A stretch of DNA of 42,352 nt from a virus (Duplodnaviria > Caudoviricetes), in the IMG/VR virus record IMGVR_UViG_3300012953_000059, positions 1 to 42,352 of that record; one strand, written 5' to 3'. Made by a program: the position numbers and the translations under genes. Shown here piece by piece: positions 17,534 to 28,406 of this stretch. Below the pieces are notes generated by a model. That model did no database searches, was not told the origin of the DNA, and was given only the letters and a program-made list of their open reading frames with translations. The first letter of the stretch is position 1. Each line of letters starts with the position of its first letter.

Positions 17534-20500
17534 ATGCCACAAAAGACGAATCTAAATGTAAGTCCATACTATGATGACTACAGTGCGTCTAAGAATTTTT
17601 ATAGACTTCTTTTTCGACCTGGATACTCAATACAAGCGAGAGAACTAACTCAACTTCAATCTGTACTCCAAAATCAGATTGAATCAATTGGACGTAAACA
17701 ATTTAAACAAGGTGATCTAGTTATTCCTGGTGAAGTAGGATTAAACAATAAACTAGATTACGTTAAACTTTCTTCTGTTACTGAAGTTGCAGTATCAGAG
17801 GGAGGTAATATTGTCTTCAAAAAATATGATATTAAGAATCTGGTAGGTCAGACGTTAAAGGGCATCACGTCTGGTGTTACTGGTACAATTGTATCCACTA
17901 GATATAGTACTACAACAACTTCTGATACACTATATGTGAACTACACAAGTAGTGGTAATTCTAATAATGAGTCTACTTTTAGACAAGGTGAGACTTTAGA
18001 AGTTGTAGATGGGGTTAATACGCCTCTTATGGTTGTTGGAACGGATGGAAGTGTTCTACCTACCTCTATTACTCTAAAGGATCCTGATACTGACGCAGAG
18101 ACCTCTTACACTAGTTCAGCAATGGGTTTTGCTTCTGCTGTACAAGTAGAAGAAGGTATTTACTTTGTTAATGGACATTTTGTTCGTAATGATGCTGAGC
18201 TCATCATTCTTGAACCATATATTAATATTCCATCTGCTAAGGTTGGATTTAAGATTAGCGAAACCTTAGTAACTCCTGAAGAGGATGGAACACTTTATGA
18301 TCAGGCAAGGGGATTTGCAAACTTTAGTGCTCCTGGTGCTCATAGATTATCAATTACTTTAGGACTAGTTAAGTATGATTATAATGCTTCTACAGATAGC
18401 AATTTCATACAACTACTAACAGTTAAGAACGGATCTGTACAGAGAAAGGTAAAACAGGCAGAATACAATGTAATTGAAGAGACTCTAGCAAGAAGAACAT
18501 TTGATGAGTCTGGTGATTATGTTGTTGAATCATTCCCAACAGAATTGAGAGAATATTATCAGAAAGATAATAACAAAGGTCTTTATGGTGTAGGTGTTGA
18601 TGGGTTAGTTAATGGTTTAAGTCTTACTGATGCATCTCAGAAGATGATTGCATCAATTGGAGCTGGTAAAGCATATATTAAGGGTTATGAGATTGTTAAT
18701 AAAGAGAGCAAGTATCTAACTGTTAATAAATCTAGAGAATCACTTGAAAGAGATAATATAACTCTCAAGCATTCTGGTCTTGCAAGTTTCTATCTAACTA
18801 ACACTTACAATTCAATTCCTTTAAATTCATATGATGCTGAATTATCTTCATTCCCAACACTATACCTTAATAGTGTATTTGGTGATGGATCATTAGGTCT
18901 TAATGGTACACAAGATAAAACCGATGGTAAGGTAATAGATTCACATAAACAAACTCGTCAAAGAAGAGAATTTACATATGATTCTGATGTAGCAATCAAG
19001 ACTGTGATTGTTGATATCACTACAACTGCAGGTGGTAAGACATGGGCAGATATAGTACCTTCTTCATGGGAGACATCACATGGAAGCTTCTGGGTAAGAA
19101 AAGGTGGTGAAGGTAATGCTAATGCTTCAGTAGAGATTACAACTCTTGCATATTCTAAGTTTAATGGTTCTAATGCTGACTTCCCAGATTCGTTTAAAGG
19201 AAGTGCTGCATATGTTGAATTTACATTTGTTGGTCCTAGAGATATTGTAGATACTCATTTAAGAGATTACTCTTCTACTGACGGTGGTAATGATAAGAGA
19301 ACAAGACTATATTTCAGTCAAAATGCTGCAGAGTTACAAACTTCAAGTGAAATATTTGGTCATATAGTTTCTTACAGTGAGATGATTGTTCCTTCAATAG
19401 GACTTGCTAAGCCTAAGGATTTCCATCTACAAGAAAGAGGAGTTGGATTCAATCCAGATTCTGATACTATTCTTTCAAAAGGAAGAATTGGTGGAACAAG
19501 CAAATATAATACGACTTTTAAAATGTCGTATTTCAATCCAACATTCTTAACCAAGATAACTGTAGATAGCGATATTGCTGCTGCTACATTTGTAGCTGGT
19601 AAGTATATTACTGGTAGTAAGAGTGGTGCTTATGGAGTTGTAGAAGGATCACCAAAAGGACTTCTATCTTCTGGTAATAGAATCTATTGTAAGGTTCTTA
19701 ATGGAGAATTTGTTGAAGGGGAAACTATATTTGATGAAGCTGGTAATTCTCTAAGAATTGCTAGAGAAAATACTATATCTCACTTTGTTATTGATAGTAG
19801 AGGTGCAAACTATGGTGCGTTAGATACTTTAGTTATAGATGGTGTATCATATGATACATCTGTTATCTCTTCTGAATTAGATGGTAGTGGTGGATATGCT
19901 AATGCAAAAATTATGAATAGGGATAGTCTTTCTAATACCTACTCATCACCGCCAATAGTAGTTGCTAAGACTACTGCTTCTGCCCATTCATCAAGTGATG
20001 ACGCAGTAATACGTCCTATATTGTTTAAAAATGTAGTACAAACATACACACCACAAAATGTTAAGTCGATGTGGTCTAGGTTTGGTGTAGCACCTGAAGG
20101 AGCTCAATCACCAAATTTATTTACTAGTGATGTTGAGTTGTTTAGAGAGAAATATGTTACCAGTACTACTATAACTGATTTTACATTTAGTGGTACAGAA
20201 GGTAATCAGTATGTTGAATGTACAGGATTTGGTGGTGATGCATCAAAGAGTCTTGTACAGGGAGATCTAGTTCAGTTCAGTGACACAAACAACAACCTTA
20301 TTCAGGCAGTAGTACAACAAGCAACTAAACCACAAGGTACTAAGAAATCAAGAATTTACCTAGATTCTTTACTTCCTTCTAATGTAAGTAGTACAACTGT
20401 ACTAAGAGTAAGACCAAAGATTGAGAATGGATCTAAATCTACTTTAATATTCCCAACTGGAAGTAAGCAAATCAAATCATTGGTTAAGAATACTGATGAT

Positions 20501-23500
20501 ACTGCTATTAAGTATTATCAAAGAAGAGATTATGTTCTAGATTCATCTGCTAGTGGTGGAACTTTAACATTTAAAGCACAGTTAGAATTTGGTACACAAA
20601 AATTTGTACAGTTTGAAGAAAATAACTTTATCCTCACTGTTCTTAAGAAAGGAAATGCTACTGCTGTAGAGACTGGAGATATTGTGTATGTTCCATCTTC
20701 TGCTGTCGAAGTTGCAACATCTACTGATACTGCATCTGGATTAACTGCTGGTAGTGTTAGTGTAGCACTTCCTGATAATTATTTTGGTACTCTTTCGGGT
20801 GGTACTGATTATCCAACACTTAAGCTTACAGCAACATTAGAGATTACTAAGTCTAGACCTAGATTGAAGACTGTTGTTAGGAATAAGCAAATCGTTATTA
20901 CTCCAGAAGGTGATAAGGTTCTTCCTTTAAGAGGACAAGATATTAATGCATCTGAGATTAATGCAGTATCATATTCTGATGTTATTAAATTAAATTACGT
21001 ATACGAAGGTTCTGCAACTGCACCTCCAAATGTAGACACTGCAGGTAATCTTGTTACTGGTACTGATGTTACTAGTAGATTTACATTTGATGATGGTCAA
21101 CGTGATACTTTATATGATGTATCTCGTATTGTTATTAAACCTGGTTTCGATCTACCTACTGGTCAGTTACTAGCATCATTTGATTACTTTGATCATTCAC
21201 AAGGTGACTTCTGTGTAGTTGATTCCTATGTACATGAAGCAGGTGTTTCAGCTGATGAGATTCCTACATTTAACTCATCTGTTTATGGTATAACTAATTT
21301 AAGAGATGTTATTGACTTTAGACCAAAGGTTGATACTGACTCCACTATTACTGGATTCCAAGATAAGTCTTTGTATACAGAGTCTTCCTTTAATGAATTT
21401 ACTGGTAGTGGTGGTGTTGTTTCTAGTTGTCCAGCTTCAGATTCAAATCTTCCTTATACTATCTCATTCTATCAGAATCAATATCTAGATCGTATAGATG
21501 GTATATTCTTAACTAAGAAGGGTGAATTTATTGTTAAAGAAGGTAACTCATCACTCAACCCATCAAAACCAGCAGTTATTGATGACGCTATACCTTTAAC
21601 ATATCTTTATATACCTGCATATACTACTACAAGCAAAGATGTAAGAGTTATACCTGTGGATAACAAGCGTTATACCATGAGGGATATTGGTAAGTTAGAA
21701 AAGAGAGTTGAAAGGTTAGAGTACTATACACTCCTTAGTGTTCTTGAGCAGCAAGCATTAAATATGCAGATCAAGGATGATATAGGACTCGAAAGGTTTA
21801 AGAGTGGATTTGTTGTAGATAACTTCGAGACTCATAAGATAGGTAACCTGAAATCAATTGATTATAAGTGTTCCATTGATACAAAGCAATCTGTATTAAG
21901 AGCTCAGTCTAAAGAAGATTCTCTTAATCTAATTGAAGTTAATACAAAACAAGATGAAAGAGTGGTTTCTGGATATAGGAGATCTAGTGATGTTATTACT
22001 CTTCCATATTCTAATCTATCGTTATTAGATAATAGCTTTGCTACTAAGACTATTAACCCAAATCCATTTGTGGTTATTCAATATGTTGGAGATGCATCTC
22101 TCAATACACCTGTAGATTCATGGTATGAGAATACAGATGCTCCTTTGGTATCTGATAATAACACTTCATTATACACCATATTCCTTGCTAAAAATAATGT
22201 ACGTGATGCTTATTCAAGCTTGTACAATTCTTATTCAGTTAACTGGGTTGGATCTAATCAGAACTTCTTCAATATCGGACCTCTTTCTGATATTAACTCA
22301 GATCAAGTATCATCTACAGTTAAGATTGCTAATGTAGCAAGTTCATCTAATATCAGTCCACAAAATAATGAGACTGGTAAAGGAATTAATACAAAGGTAG
22401 TTGGTGAAACTGCAGTTGCTACATCACTACAACAATTTGCTAGATCTAAAGCAGTTAAGTTTACTGTTCGTAGGATGAAACCTAATACTAAAATATATCC
22501 ATTCCTAGAGGGAAGAGATGTTAGTAGATGGTGCAACCCTGATCTAAGATTTACAGGAATACCTGGTAACTCGCTATCAACATTTGGTGCTTCAATTATT
22601 ACTGATGATGGTGGTAATGCTAGTGGTCTTATTATTATACCTAATGGTTATGCTCCAACACAAGGAAGTACTTGGAACAACTATATCTACAATACAAGTT
22701 ATGATACCAGTTCTGAGCAATTACAATTCACAACTGGTGAAAAAACAATTAGATTTACTTCGAGCTCTACAGATGATAATAAAGACACTGTAGAAACATA
22801 TACTGAAGTTAAATATTATCCTACTGGAATACTACCTGCTAATCCTGGTAGTATTGTTTCAACATTACCTGCATATTTCAAGTCTAATGAAGGTAAGCAG
22901 ATTATTGATCTTGATACAAGTACACAAAAGAAACCAAGTCCATTAGCACAAACATTTAAGGTTGAAGGATATGATGGTGGTGTATTTGTTACTAGTTTGT
23001 ATCTCTTCTTTAATAAGAAAGCATCTAAAGTTCCAGTAAGAACTTATATCACAAATACAGTAAGTGGTAAACCAGGAAGTTATATTGTTCCTGGTACAGA
23101 GAAGACTCTTTCTCCTGAAACCAAATTGAAGTTTTATGTATCACAAGAGACATCTCTTGAGGTTGGTGAAATTGTAACTGGACAAATATCAGGTGCTACT
23201 GGACCTATATTCAAAATCTTTGATAGGACTGGTATTGAAGTATTACCAGGAGCTGCAGATAAGATACCAGTATCAGCAGATCAAGTATACACACTTGTTC
23301 TTTCTAATAACAATGGTAATTCTTTCCAAGCAGGAGAAGTACTTATTGCTCCATCAATAACTTTAGCAAATAATACAAATAATACTTCAATATCTGTTAA
23401 TATTGCTAAGGATTCTGGATCACTTATTGATCTTAAAGTTATTGGTGCTGGATCTTTTTATGATAGTGCAGCAATGACTATCGAAAGTCCACAATTACCA

Positions 23501-25741
23501 GGTGGTACTACCGCAACTGGTACATTGGGTATCTCTGGTGGTAAATTATTCAATGCTGAAGTTTCTATATCTGGTTCTGGATATACAAGTGCTCCTTCTA
23601 TTGTTATTGCTGGAACTGGTTCTGGTAATGCTGGTGGTGCTGTAGAAGCAGTTGTGGATATTGATACACCTGCTGTTAGAATGGGTGTAGCAACTAACTT
23701 AGCAACTGATGTTGCTGGTAGTGTATCGACTGACTTTGATTTTGATTATCCTGTATATTTACAGAATGATACTGAGTATGCTTTTGTTATCGAAACCGAT
23801 TCTACTGATTATGAAGTCTGGGCTTCTGAAGTGGGAGAACCTGCAGGTTCAGGAACGGTTACAGTACAACCTGGATTAGGATCTGTTTATAGATCACAGA
23901 ACGTGGATTCTTGGACAGAAAATCTCAAGGAAGATATTAAGTTCCAGCTTAACAGAGCAGAGTTTGATATCTCTAGGACTGCTAGTGTTATGTTAACAAA
24001 CGATAACTTAGGTTATGAAACTATGGATATTAATTCCATACGCACTAGTGCAGAAGCAAGTAGTAGTGCTGATCTTAAGAGGTTTAGAGGAAATAATAAG
24101 TATGTTGAAGTTACACATAGAGATCACGGATTTGAAGATAGTGGTAAGTCCTTTGCGTTCTTTAAGAATCTTACAGAGACTGGTGGTATTTCAGCATCTT
24201 CTTTGAATACTACACTGTTTACAGTTGAGAACTCTGGTGTAGATACATTTAATATCGTATCTACAACTAATGCTAGCTCAAATGCAATTGGTGGTAGTTC
24301 AGGTGGATTAATTTCTCTTAATAAGAAATTTGAGAAATTGTATGCTGATATTGGATACCTTTCATTCCCACAAACAAAAATTGATTCTACTGTTAAAACA
24401 ACTAATATTGTTCCTGTAGATAGTGGTCCTGTTAACTATGCTTCATATTCTCAATCAGATTATGAGAAGACATTTATTAAACAAGAGCATTTCTTCATAA
24501 ACCAGAAAGTGTTAGCTTCTAGAATTAATGAATTAAGAAATGATATTACAAATTCTCTTGTTTATAAGTTAGAACTTTCATCTACTACATCAACACTTTC
24601 TCCTGTTATTGATCTTAGAACTAGTTCTGTTAAAACTATATCTAATAGAATTGAAAATCCTACTGGATCGGAAAATCGTTATGGTAGAAGAAATCAGATT
24701 CTTAAGCTTAATCCTATAGTTACTTTTGCAATAACAGGTCATAGTGGAGCTACTGTAACAGTTGGTCAAACTATAAATTCTAAGACTAATACAGATACAT
24801 CAGAGATTGCAAATCTTTCTGGTGGTGCTGGAAAAGTTCTTAATTGGGATGCTGGTACAAGTACAGTGACTGTAAGAATAACTAATGAAGGGCAATTTAA
24901 AGCATCAGAATGGTTAACATTTAGTGCTGATACTGCCTTGAATGGTGATACGGTAAAGGTTACAAACGCTGGATCTACTGTTAAAGCACCAGCATTTACT
25001 GTAGGCACAACTGTTAATCGATATAATGATAAACAGATAACGACTTCAGATACTACTGATGATCTATATCTAGATAAGATTAGTGGTATAGTTGTTGAAT
25101 GGAATGCTAAGACTCAAGAATTAACTTTGTTTAATAATAAACAACCTATTAACGATGATTTTACTTCAAAGATAACAGCACTTTCACCTTATGAAAGAGA
25201 ACCAAAACCAGTAGATCAACAGAATGATATATTCAGAGTTACAGATCTACTTCAGTTTGTTGGTCAAGATTCTAATACTGAAGAGTGGTGGGAAGTAAAG
25301 TCTGCATCATTGCAAAATGGTATAGCACATGTTGCTGAAGATTCTTCTAAGAATACATCTGGTATTGCTAAGTATGTTACTAAGGAAATTTCTTTAGATA
25401 ATCCTGGTACATCAATTGATGTTAAGCTTACTGCTAATGTGAGAAACATCAATGATATCAAAATACTCTATAAGATTAAAGAAGAATCAAGTGAAGTTAA
25501 TTTTGATGATCTTGAATGGAAGTTCTTTAATGTAGATGGTAAAGCTGATATTGATTTAGTTGCAACTGCAGAGAATGAAATCTCTGGTCTCTTTGAGAAG
25601 CAAGATTCATATCAAGAAATTCCATTTAGTATCTCTAACTTACCTGAGTTTACTTCTTTTGCAGTTAAGGTTGTTATGAATTCGGATAACCCATCATACG
25701 TACCTAAGTTACAAGATATAAGAGCAGTAGCATCATTCTAA
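17534..25741 (+). CDS. Large virion structural protein, DUF4815/VrlC-like (2735 aa)
   Basis: MPQKTNLNVSPYYDD...LFRPGYSIQARELTQLQS, APGAHR, LARRTFDESGDY, RYTMRDIGKLEKRVERLEYYT, RFKSGFVVDNF and PLAQTF motifs. Follows gp8 as in T4-like cyanophages. Confidence 0.88.
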   Translation: MPQKTNLNVSPYYDDYSASKNFYRLLFRPGYSIQARELTQLQSVLQNQIESIGRKQFKQGDLVIPGEVGLNNKLDYVKLSSVTEVAVSEGGNIVFKKYDIKNLVGQTLKGITSGVTGTIVSTRYSTTTTSDTLYVNYTSSGNSNNESTFRQGETLEVVDGVNTPLMVVGTDGSVLPTSITLKDPDTDAETSYTSSAMGFASAVQVEEGIYFVNGHFVRNDAELIILEPYINIPSAKVGFKISETLVTPEEDGTLYDQARGFANFSAPGAHRLSITLGLVKYDYNASTDSNFIQLLTVKNGSVQRKVKQAEYNVIEETLARRTFDESGDYVVESFPTELREYYQKDNNKGLYGVGVDGLVNGLSLTDASQKMIASIGAGKAYIKGYEIVNKESKYLTVNKSRESLERDNITLKHSGLASFYLTNTYNSIPLNSYDAELSSFPTLYLNSVFGDGSLGLNGTQDKTDGKVIDSHKQTRQRREFTYDSDVAIKTVIVDITTTAGGKTWADIVPSSWETSHGSFWVRKGGEGNANASVEITTLAYSKFNGSNADFPDSFKGSAAYVEFTFVGPRDIVDTHLRDYSSTDGGNDKRTRLYFSQNAAELQTSSEIFGHIVSYSEMIVPSIGLAKPKDFHLQERGVGFNPDSDTILSKGRIGGTSKYNTTFKMSYFNPTFLTKITVDSDIAAATFVAGKYITGSKSGAYGVVEGSPKGLLSSGNRIYCKVLNGEFVEGETIFDEAGNSLRIARENTISHFVIDSRGANYGALDTLVIDGVSYDTSVISSELDGSGGYANAKIMNRDSLSNTYSSPPIVVAKTTASAHSSSDDAVIRPILFKNVVQTYTPQNVKSMWSRFGVAPEGAQSPNLFTSDVELFREKYVTSTTITDFTFSGTEGNQYVECTGFGGDASKSLVQGDLVQFSDTNNNLIQAVVQQATKPQGTKKSRIYLDSLLPSNVSSTTVLRVRPKIENGSKSTLIFPTGSKQIKSLVKNTDDTAIKYYQRRDYVLDSSASGGTLTFKAQLEFGTQKFVQFEENNFILTVLKKGNATAVETGDIVYVPSSAVEVATSTDTASGLTAGSVSVALPDNYFGTLSGGTDYPTLKLTATLEITKSRPRLKTVVRNKQIVITPEGDKVLPLRGQDINASEINAVSYSDVIKLNYVYEGSATAPPNVDTAGNLVTGTDVTSRFTFDDGQRDTLYDVSRIVIKPGFDLPTGQLLASFDYFDHSQGDFCVVDSYVHEAGVSADEIPTFNSSVYGITNLRDVIDFRPKVDTDSTITGFQDKSLYTESSFNEFTGSGGVVSSCPASDSNLPYTISFYQNQYLDRIDGIFLTKKGEFIVKEGNSSLNPSKPAVIDDAIPLTYLYIPAYTTTSKDVRVIPVDNKRYTMRDIGKLEKRVERLEYYTLLSVLEQQALNMQIKDDIGLERFKSGFVVDNFETHKIGNLKSIDYKCSIDTKQSVLRAQSKEDSLNLIEVNTKQDERVVSGYRRSSDVITLPYSNLSLLDNSFATKTINPNPFVVIQYVGDASLNTPVDSWYENTDAPLVSDNNTSLYTIFLAKNNVRDAYSSLYNSYSVNWVGSNQNFFNIGPLSDINSDQVSSTVKIANVASSSNISPQNNETGKGINTKVVGETAVATSLQQFARSKAVKFTVRRMKPNTKIYPFLEGRDVSRWCNPDLRFTGIPGNSLSTFGASIITDDGGNASGLIIIPNGYAPTQGSTWNNYIYNTSYDTSSEQLQFTTGEKTIRFTSSSTDDNKDTVETYTEVKYYPTGILPANPGSIVSTLPAYFKSNEGKQIIDLDTSTQKKPSPLAQTFKVEGYDGGVFVTSLYLFFNKKASKVPVRTYITNTVSGKPGSYIVPGTEKTLSPETKLKFYVSQETSLEVGEIVTGQISGATGPIFKIFDRTGIEVLPGAADKIPVSADQVYTLVLSNNNGNSFQAGEVLIAPSITLANNTNNTSISVNIAKDSGSLIDLKVIGAGSFYDSAAMTIESPQLPGGTTATGTLGISGGKLFNAEVSISGSGYTSAPSIVIAGTGSGNAGGAVEAVVDIDTPAVRMGVATNLATDVAGSVSTDFDFDYPVYLQNDTEYAFVIETDSTDYEVWASEVGEPAGSGTVTVQPGLGSVYRSQNVDSWTENLKEDIKFQLNRAEFDISRTASVMLTNDNLGYETMDINSIRTSAEASSSADLKRFRGNNKYVEVTHRDHGFEDSGKSFAFFKNLTETGGISASSLNTTLFTVENSGVDTFNIVSTTNASSNAIGGSSGGLISLNKKFEKLYADIGYLSFPQTKIDSTVKTTNIVPVDSGPVNYASYSQSDYEKTFIKQEHFFINQKVLASRINELRNDITNSLVYKLELSSTTSTLSPVIDLRTSSVKTISNRIENPTGSENRYGRRNQILKLNPIVTFAITGHSGATVTVGQTINSKTNTDTSEIANLSGGAGKVLNWDAGTSTVTVRITNEGQFKASEWLTFSADTALNGDTVKVTNAGSTVKAPAFTVGTTVNRYNDKQITTSDTTDDLYLDKISGIVVEWNAKTQELTLFNNKQPINDDFTSKITALSPYEREPKPVDQQNDIFRVTDLLQFVGQDSNTEEWWEVKSASLQNGIAHVAEDSSKNTSGIAKYVTKEISLDNPGTSIDVKLTANVRNINDIKILYKIKEESSEVNFDDLEWKFFNVDGKADIDLVATAENEISGLFEKQDSYQEIPFSISNLPEFTSFAVKVVMNSDNPSYVPKLQDIRAVASF

Positions 25742-25935
25742 TGAATATACAAGTAGAAGGTAAGGACAGTCTTTATAGAGACTCAAACACAGGTGCTATA
25801 ATTAATAGTGATACCAAGGCATTTGATGCAATAAAAGCAGCACGTGCTAAGTCTAGTAGGACTGATCATGAGATAGACGAACTTAAAGCAGAGATAGAAG
25901 TTTTGAAATCCATGATACGTGGTATGCAAAGATAG
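25741..25935 (+). CDS. Small conserved phage protein with C-terminal coiled coil
   Basis: VEGKDSLYRDSNTGAIIN motif and EIDELKAEIEVLKSMI helix. TAATG overlap with the upstream gene. Confidence 0.8.
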   Translation: MNIQVEGKDSLYRDSNTGAIINSDTKAFDAIKAARAKSSRTDHEIDELKAEIEVLKSMIRGMQR

Positions 25936-25940
25936 CTATC

Positions 25941-25956
25941 TGTGCTATAATAAATA
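25941..25956 (+). promoter_or_regulatory. Overlapping extended -10 (TGTGCTATAAT) and late (AATAAATA) promoter
   Basis: TGTGCTATAAT at 25941-25951 (identical to 1717-1727) fused to ATAAATA at 25950-25956. Confidence 0.65.
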
Positions 25957-25978
25957 GATAAGATCGATCACTTATACG

Positions 25979-26221
25979 ATGACCCAAACACCAAATGCTG
26001 CTCCTATGGAACCAGCACAGTTGAGAGAAGAGTTTACCAAACAACTTTCTGATGCTAACGATAAAATTACTAAGGCAGAGACAGAACTTATTCGTCTTAG
26101 AGAGTATCGTACAAAACTTCAGGGTGGACTAGAAACCCTTGGTATTCTAACTGGTGAAGTTAATGCTGAACCGTTACCAACACCAGAAACGGAAACACCA
26201 GAAGCACCTCCAACTGAATAA
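25979..26221 (+). CDS. Hypothetical coiled-coil protein (80 aa)
   Basis: Long heptad helix ending KLQGGLETL, then a Pro/Glu/Thr tail. Has its own promoter and terminator. Confidence 0.75.
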   Translation: MTQTPNAAPMEPAQLREEFTKQLSDANDKITKAETELIRLREYRTKLQGGLETLGILTGEVNAEPLPTPETETPEAPPTE

Positions 26222-26259
26222 CAAAGTTCCCCCTCGCTAAATAGTGAGGGGTTCTTTGT
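26221..26259 (+). terminator. Rho-independent terminator with a late-promoter motif at its apex
   Basis: CCCCTC-GCTAAATAGT-GAGGGG followed by TTCTTTGT. An outer ACAAAG/CTTTGT pair extends it. CTAAATA at 26237-26243. Confidence 0.75.
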
Positions 26260-26266
26260 ATGTACG

Positions 26267-26602
26267 ATGGCTGCTATACCAATAAATTTAATTTGCGAGA
26301 AAGGAACGGACTTTAATGCGACCTTTAATATTCAGAATGAAGCGAATACAACACCGTTAAATTTAACTGGTTATAGTGCTGTAGCGAAACTGAAAAAGAG
26401 TTTTACTTCATCTACATCAACAGACTTTACAGTTGACTTCCCAGACAGATATAACGGACAATTATCAATAGCTCTTCCTAATGCTACATCAACTACCTTA
26501 GAAGCTCGAAGGTATGTTTATGATATTCTCTTGACTGCACCTTCGGGTACTAAGTCTAGAGTTATTGAAGGAATACTAGAAGTAACACCTGGAGTTTCCT
26601 GA
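26267..26602 (+). CDS. Small virion structural protein (Ig-like beta protein)
   Basis: INLICEKGTDF...PLNLTGYS...RYVYDILL...RVIEGILEVTPGVS, typical of cyanophage tail-region proteins. Confidence 0.75.
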   Translation: MAAIPINLICEKGTDFNATFNIQNEANTTPLNLTGYSAVAKLKKSFTSSTSTDFTVDFPDRYNGQLSIALPNATSTTLEARRYVYDILLTAPSGTKSRVIEGILEVTPGVS

Positions 26603-27306
26603 TGCCTACCTATAACGTATCAGTACAATCTCAAAACTATAATATAGTTTCTGAGGCTAAAAAGAAATTTGCAGTTGGTGTAAATTATGATATTCCTGCA
26701 AAATATTTGCAGAATAACAATGAGGTTCTTGATGATTTTACTGCTCAGTTCGATGGAACTAAGACAGAGTTTGATCTAACACAAGGAGGAACTGCATACT
26801 TTCCAACAAATGAAGGACAGTTAATTGTTTGCATTAATGGATTAGTTCAACATCCAGGAGTAGATTATACTGTTAGTGGTAGTAAGATAATATTCCCAAC
26901 TCCACCTTCTGCTGGAGATAAGCTTTTCACTGTTGCTCAATCAACAACTGCGGATCTTACCAGAACAATTAACTTTGTTTATGGTAGTGGTTCTGTAGAT
27001 ATGAACACTGGAGAAAAAGGTGAACTACAAATAGATGTAACTGGAAGAATTCAGTCGTGGACACTAACTTCTGATGTGGTTGGTATTCTTATTATGGACG
27101 TACAGAAATGTACATTCAATGATTTTCCTAACTTCCAAACTATATGTGGTGGTGATAAACCAACCATTAATGGAAACTTGAAAGCATCTGGTGATGTTTT
27201 AACTAGTTGGGATAGAGATTTAATAGCTGGGGATATGCTACGGTTCCGAGTTGATCAGGTAAACCAGATTAGGAGATTTATGTTATCTCTTAAAGTTTTC
27301 CTTTGA
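26602..27306 (+). CDS. Virion structural / baseplate-associated protein (234 aa)
   Basis: FDGTKTEFDL...LIVCINGLVQHPGVDYTVSGSKIIF..PP module, also found in gp7. C-terminal beta domain (TGEKG...IQSWTL). Confidence 0.7.
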   Translation: MPTYNVSVQSQNYNIVSEAKKKFAVGVNYDIPAKYLQNNNEVLDDFTAQFDGTKTEFDLTQGGTAYFPTNEGQLIVCINGLVQHPGVDYTVSGSKIIFPTPPSAGDKLFTVAQSTTADLTRTINFVYGSGSVDMNTGEKGELQIDVTGRIQSWTLTSDVVGILIMDVQKCTFNDFPNFQTICGGDKPTINGNLKASGDVLTSWDRDLIAGDMLRFRVDQVNQIRRFMLSLKVFL

Positions 27307-27338
27307 TAAATAATCGAGGAGCGATTATTTTATAAATA
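27305..27338 (+). promoter_or_regulatory. Two late promoters around a 9-bp inverted repeat
   Basis: GATAAATA at 27305-27312 and TATAAATA at 27331-27338. AAATAATCG-aggag-CGATTATTT at 27308-27330. Confidence 0.75.
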
Positions 27339-27380
27339 AACGTAAGCAAGCAACACAAACGATTTTCGGAGACAAATTAA

Positions 27381-28406
27381 ATGGCACTGCTAGTACCTAA
27401 TATTGGCGAACTTGAATCACTTCGTTATCTCGTTAACCAGAACAACTTCGTTTTGGATAGAGAAGATAATGCACCAAGGGATCTAATTCTTAAGCTTTAC
27501 ACTACGGACACCACCCCTGCTGAAGCAGACGTGCCTAGTGCAACAGCATATTACGAACCATATCAAGATGGTAATACAAACAAGTATGGACAAACTGTAA
27601 ATACAGGTTATCCTACATGTGTAAACAATCGTACTGAATCACGTTACGATTATACTTCTCAGTATGGTATTCTCCTAAATGGTGGGCAGTGGAAAATTAA
27701 TCAAGACTCTACTGCTGGTGTTGTAACAACTGCTACTTATCCAGAACAGACTTTCACATTTGATGCTGCTGCTGGTAATGTCTACGGTTACTATATTGTA
27801 AGAGCAAATAATATGCCTCCTGCAATTCAAGGTGTTGCTGATGCTGCAGTTGGTGCTGCTGCTACTCAATTAACAAAGGGTGATGCATCCAATGTTTGTA
27901 TCGGAGTTATTGGTAACGACTATATCACACTTCCTAACGTAGCTTCTGTAATGGACAACATTACAATCGGTATGGTTATCGGTGGTAACAGTGCTGTTCC
28001 TTCTGGAACATCAATTGGTGGTATTGATCGTGCTCAAAGACGTATCTATCTTTGTGATTCTTCTAATGTTGCTGTTGCTCTAACTGATAACATTCAGGGT
28101 GCTACTGACCCAAGTATCACACTTGACTATACTTCAGTAACTGCTACTCAAGCTCACGGTTTACAACCAGGCGATGTTATTTACATTGCACGTGGTACTT
28201 CAAACACTACAACTACTGAGCAAACATACACTGTATTCAGTACACCTTCAACATCAACTTTTGATACAATTCCTGCATTGGATGGAACTGGTAACCTAAC
28301 TCTTTACAGCAGCATAATGTTCGCTGAAAGATTTACAAATGGTCCATACCCTATTCAGAACAACGGTGACCAAATTAAGGTTACATTGAATATCAGTCTT
28401 GACTGA
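27381..28406 (+). CDS. Putative tail/fibre-associated structural protein (341 aa)
   Basis: MALLVPNIGELESL...LILKLY, ATYPEQTFTF...VYGYYIV and FAERFTNGPYPIQNNGDQIKVTLNISLD. Has its own late promoter and terminator. Confidence 0.7.
   Translation: MALLVPNIGELESLRYLVNQNNFVLDREDNAPRDLILKLYTTDTTPAEADVPSATAYYEPYQDGNTNKYGQTVNTGYPTCVNNRTESRYDYTSQYGILLNGGQWKINQDSTAGVVTTATYPEQTFTFDAAAGNVYGYYIVRANNMPPAIQGVADAAVGAAATQLTKGDASNVCIGVIGNDYITLPNVASVMDNITIGMVIGGNSAVPSGTSIGGIDRAQRRIYLCDSSNVAVALTDNIQGATDPSITLDYTSVTATQAHGLQPGDVIYIARGTSNTTTTEQTYTVFSTPSTSTFDTIPALDGTGNLTLYSSIMFAERFTNGPYPIQNNGDQIKVTLNISLD

Noticed and set aside
6085-25741. Inteins, introns or homing endonucleases explaining the giant ORF sizes
   Set aside because: No intein splice-junction, LAGLIDADG, HNH or GIY-YIG motifs were recognised by eye. 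The size is explained by repeated structural domains.
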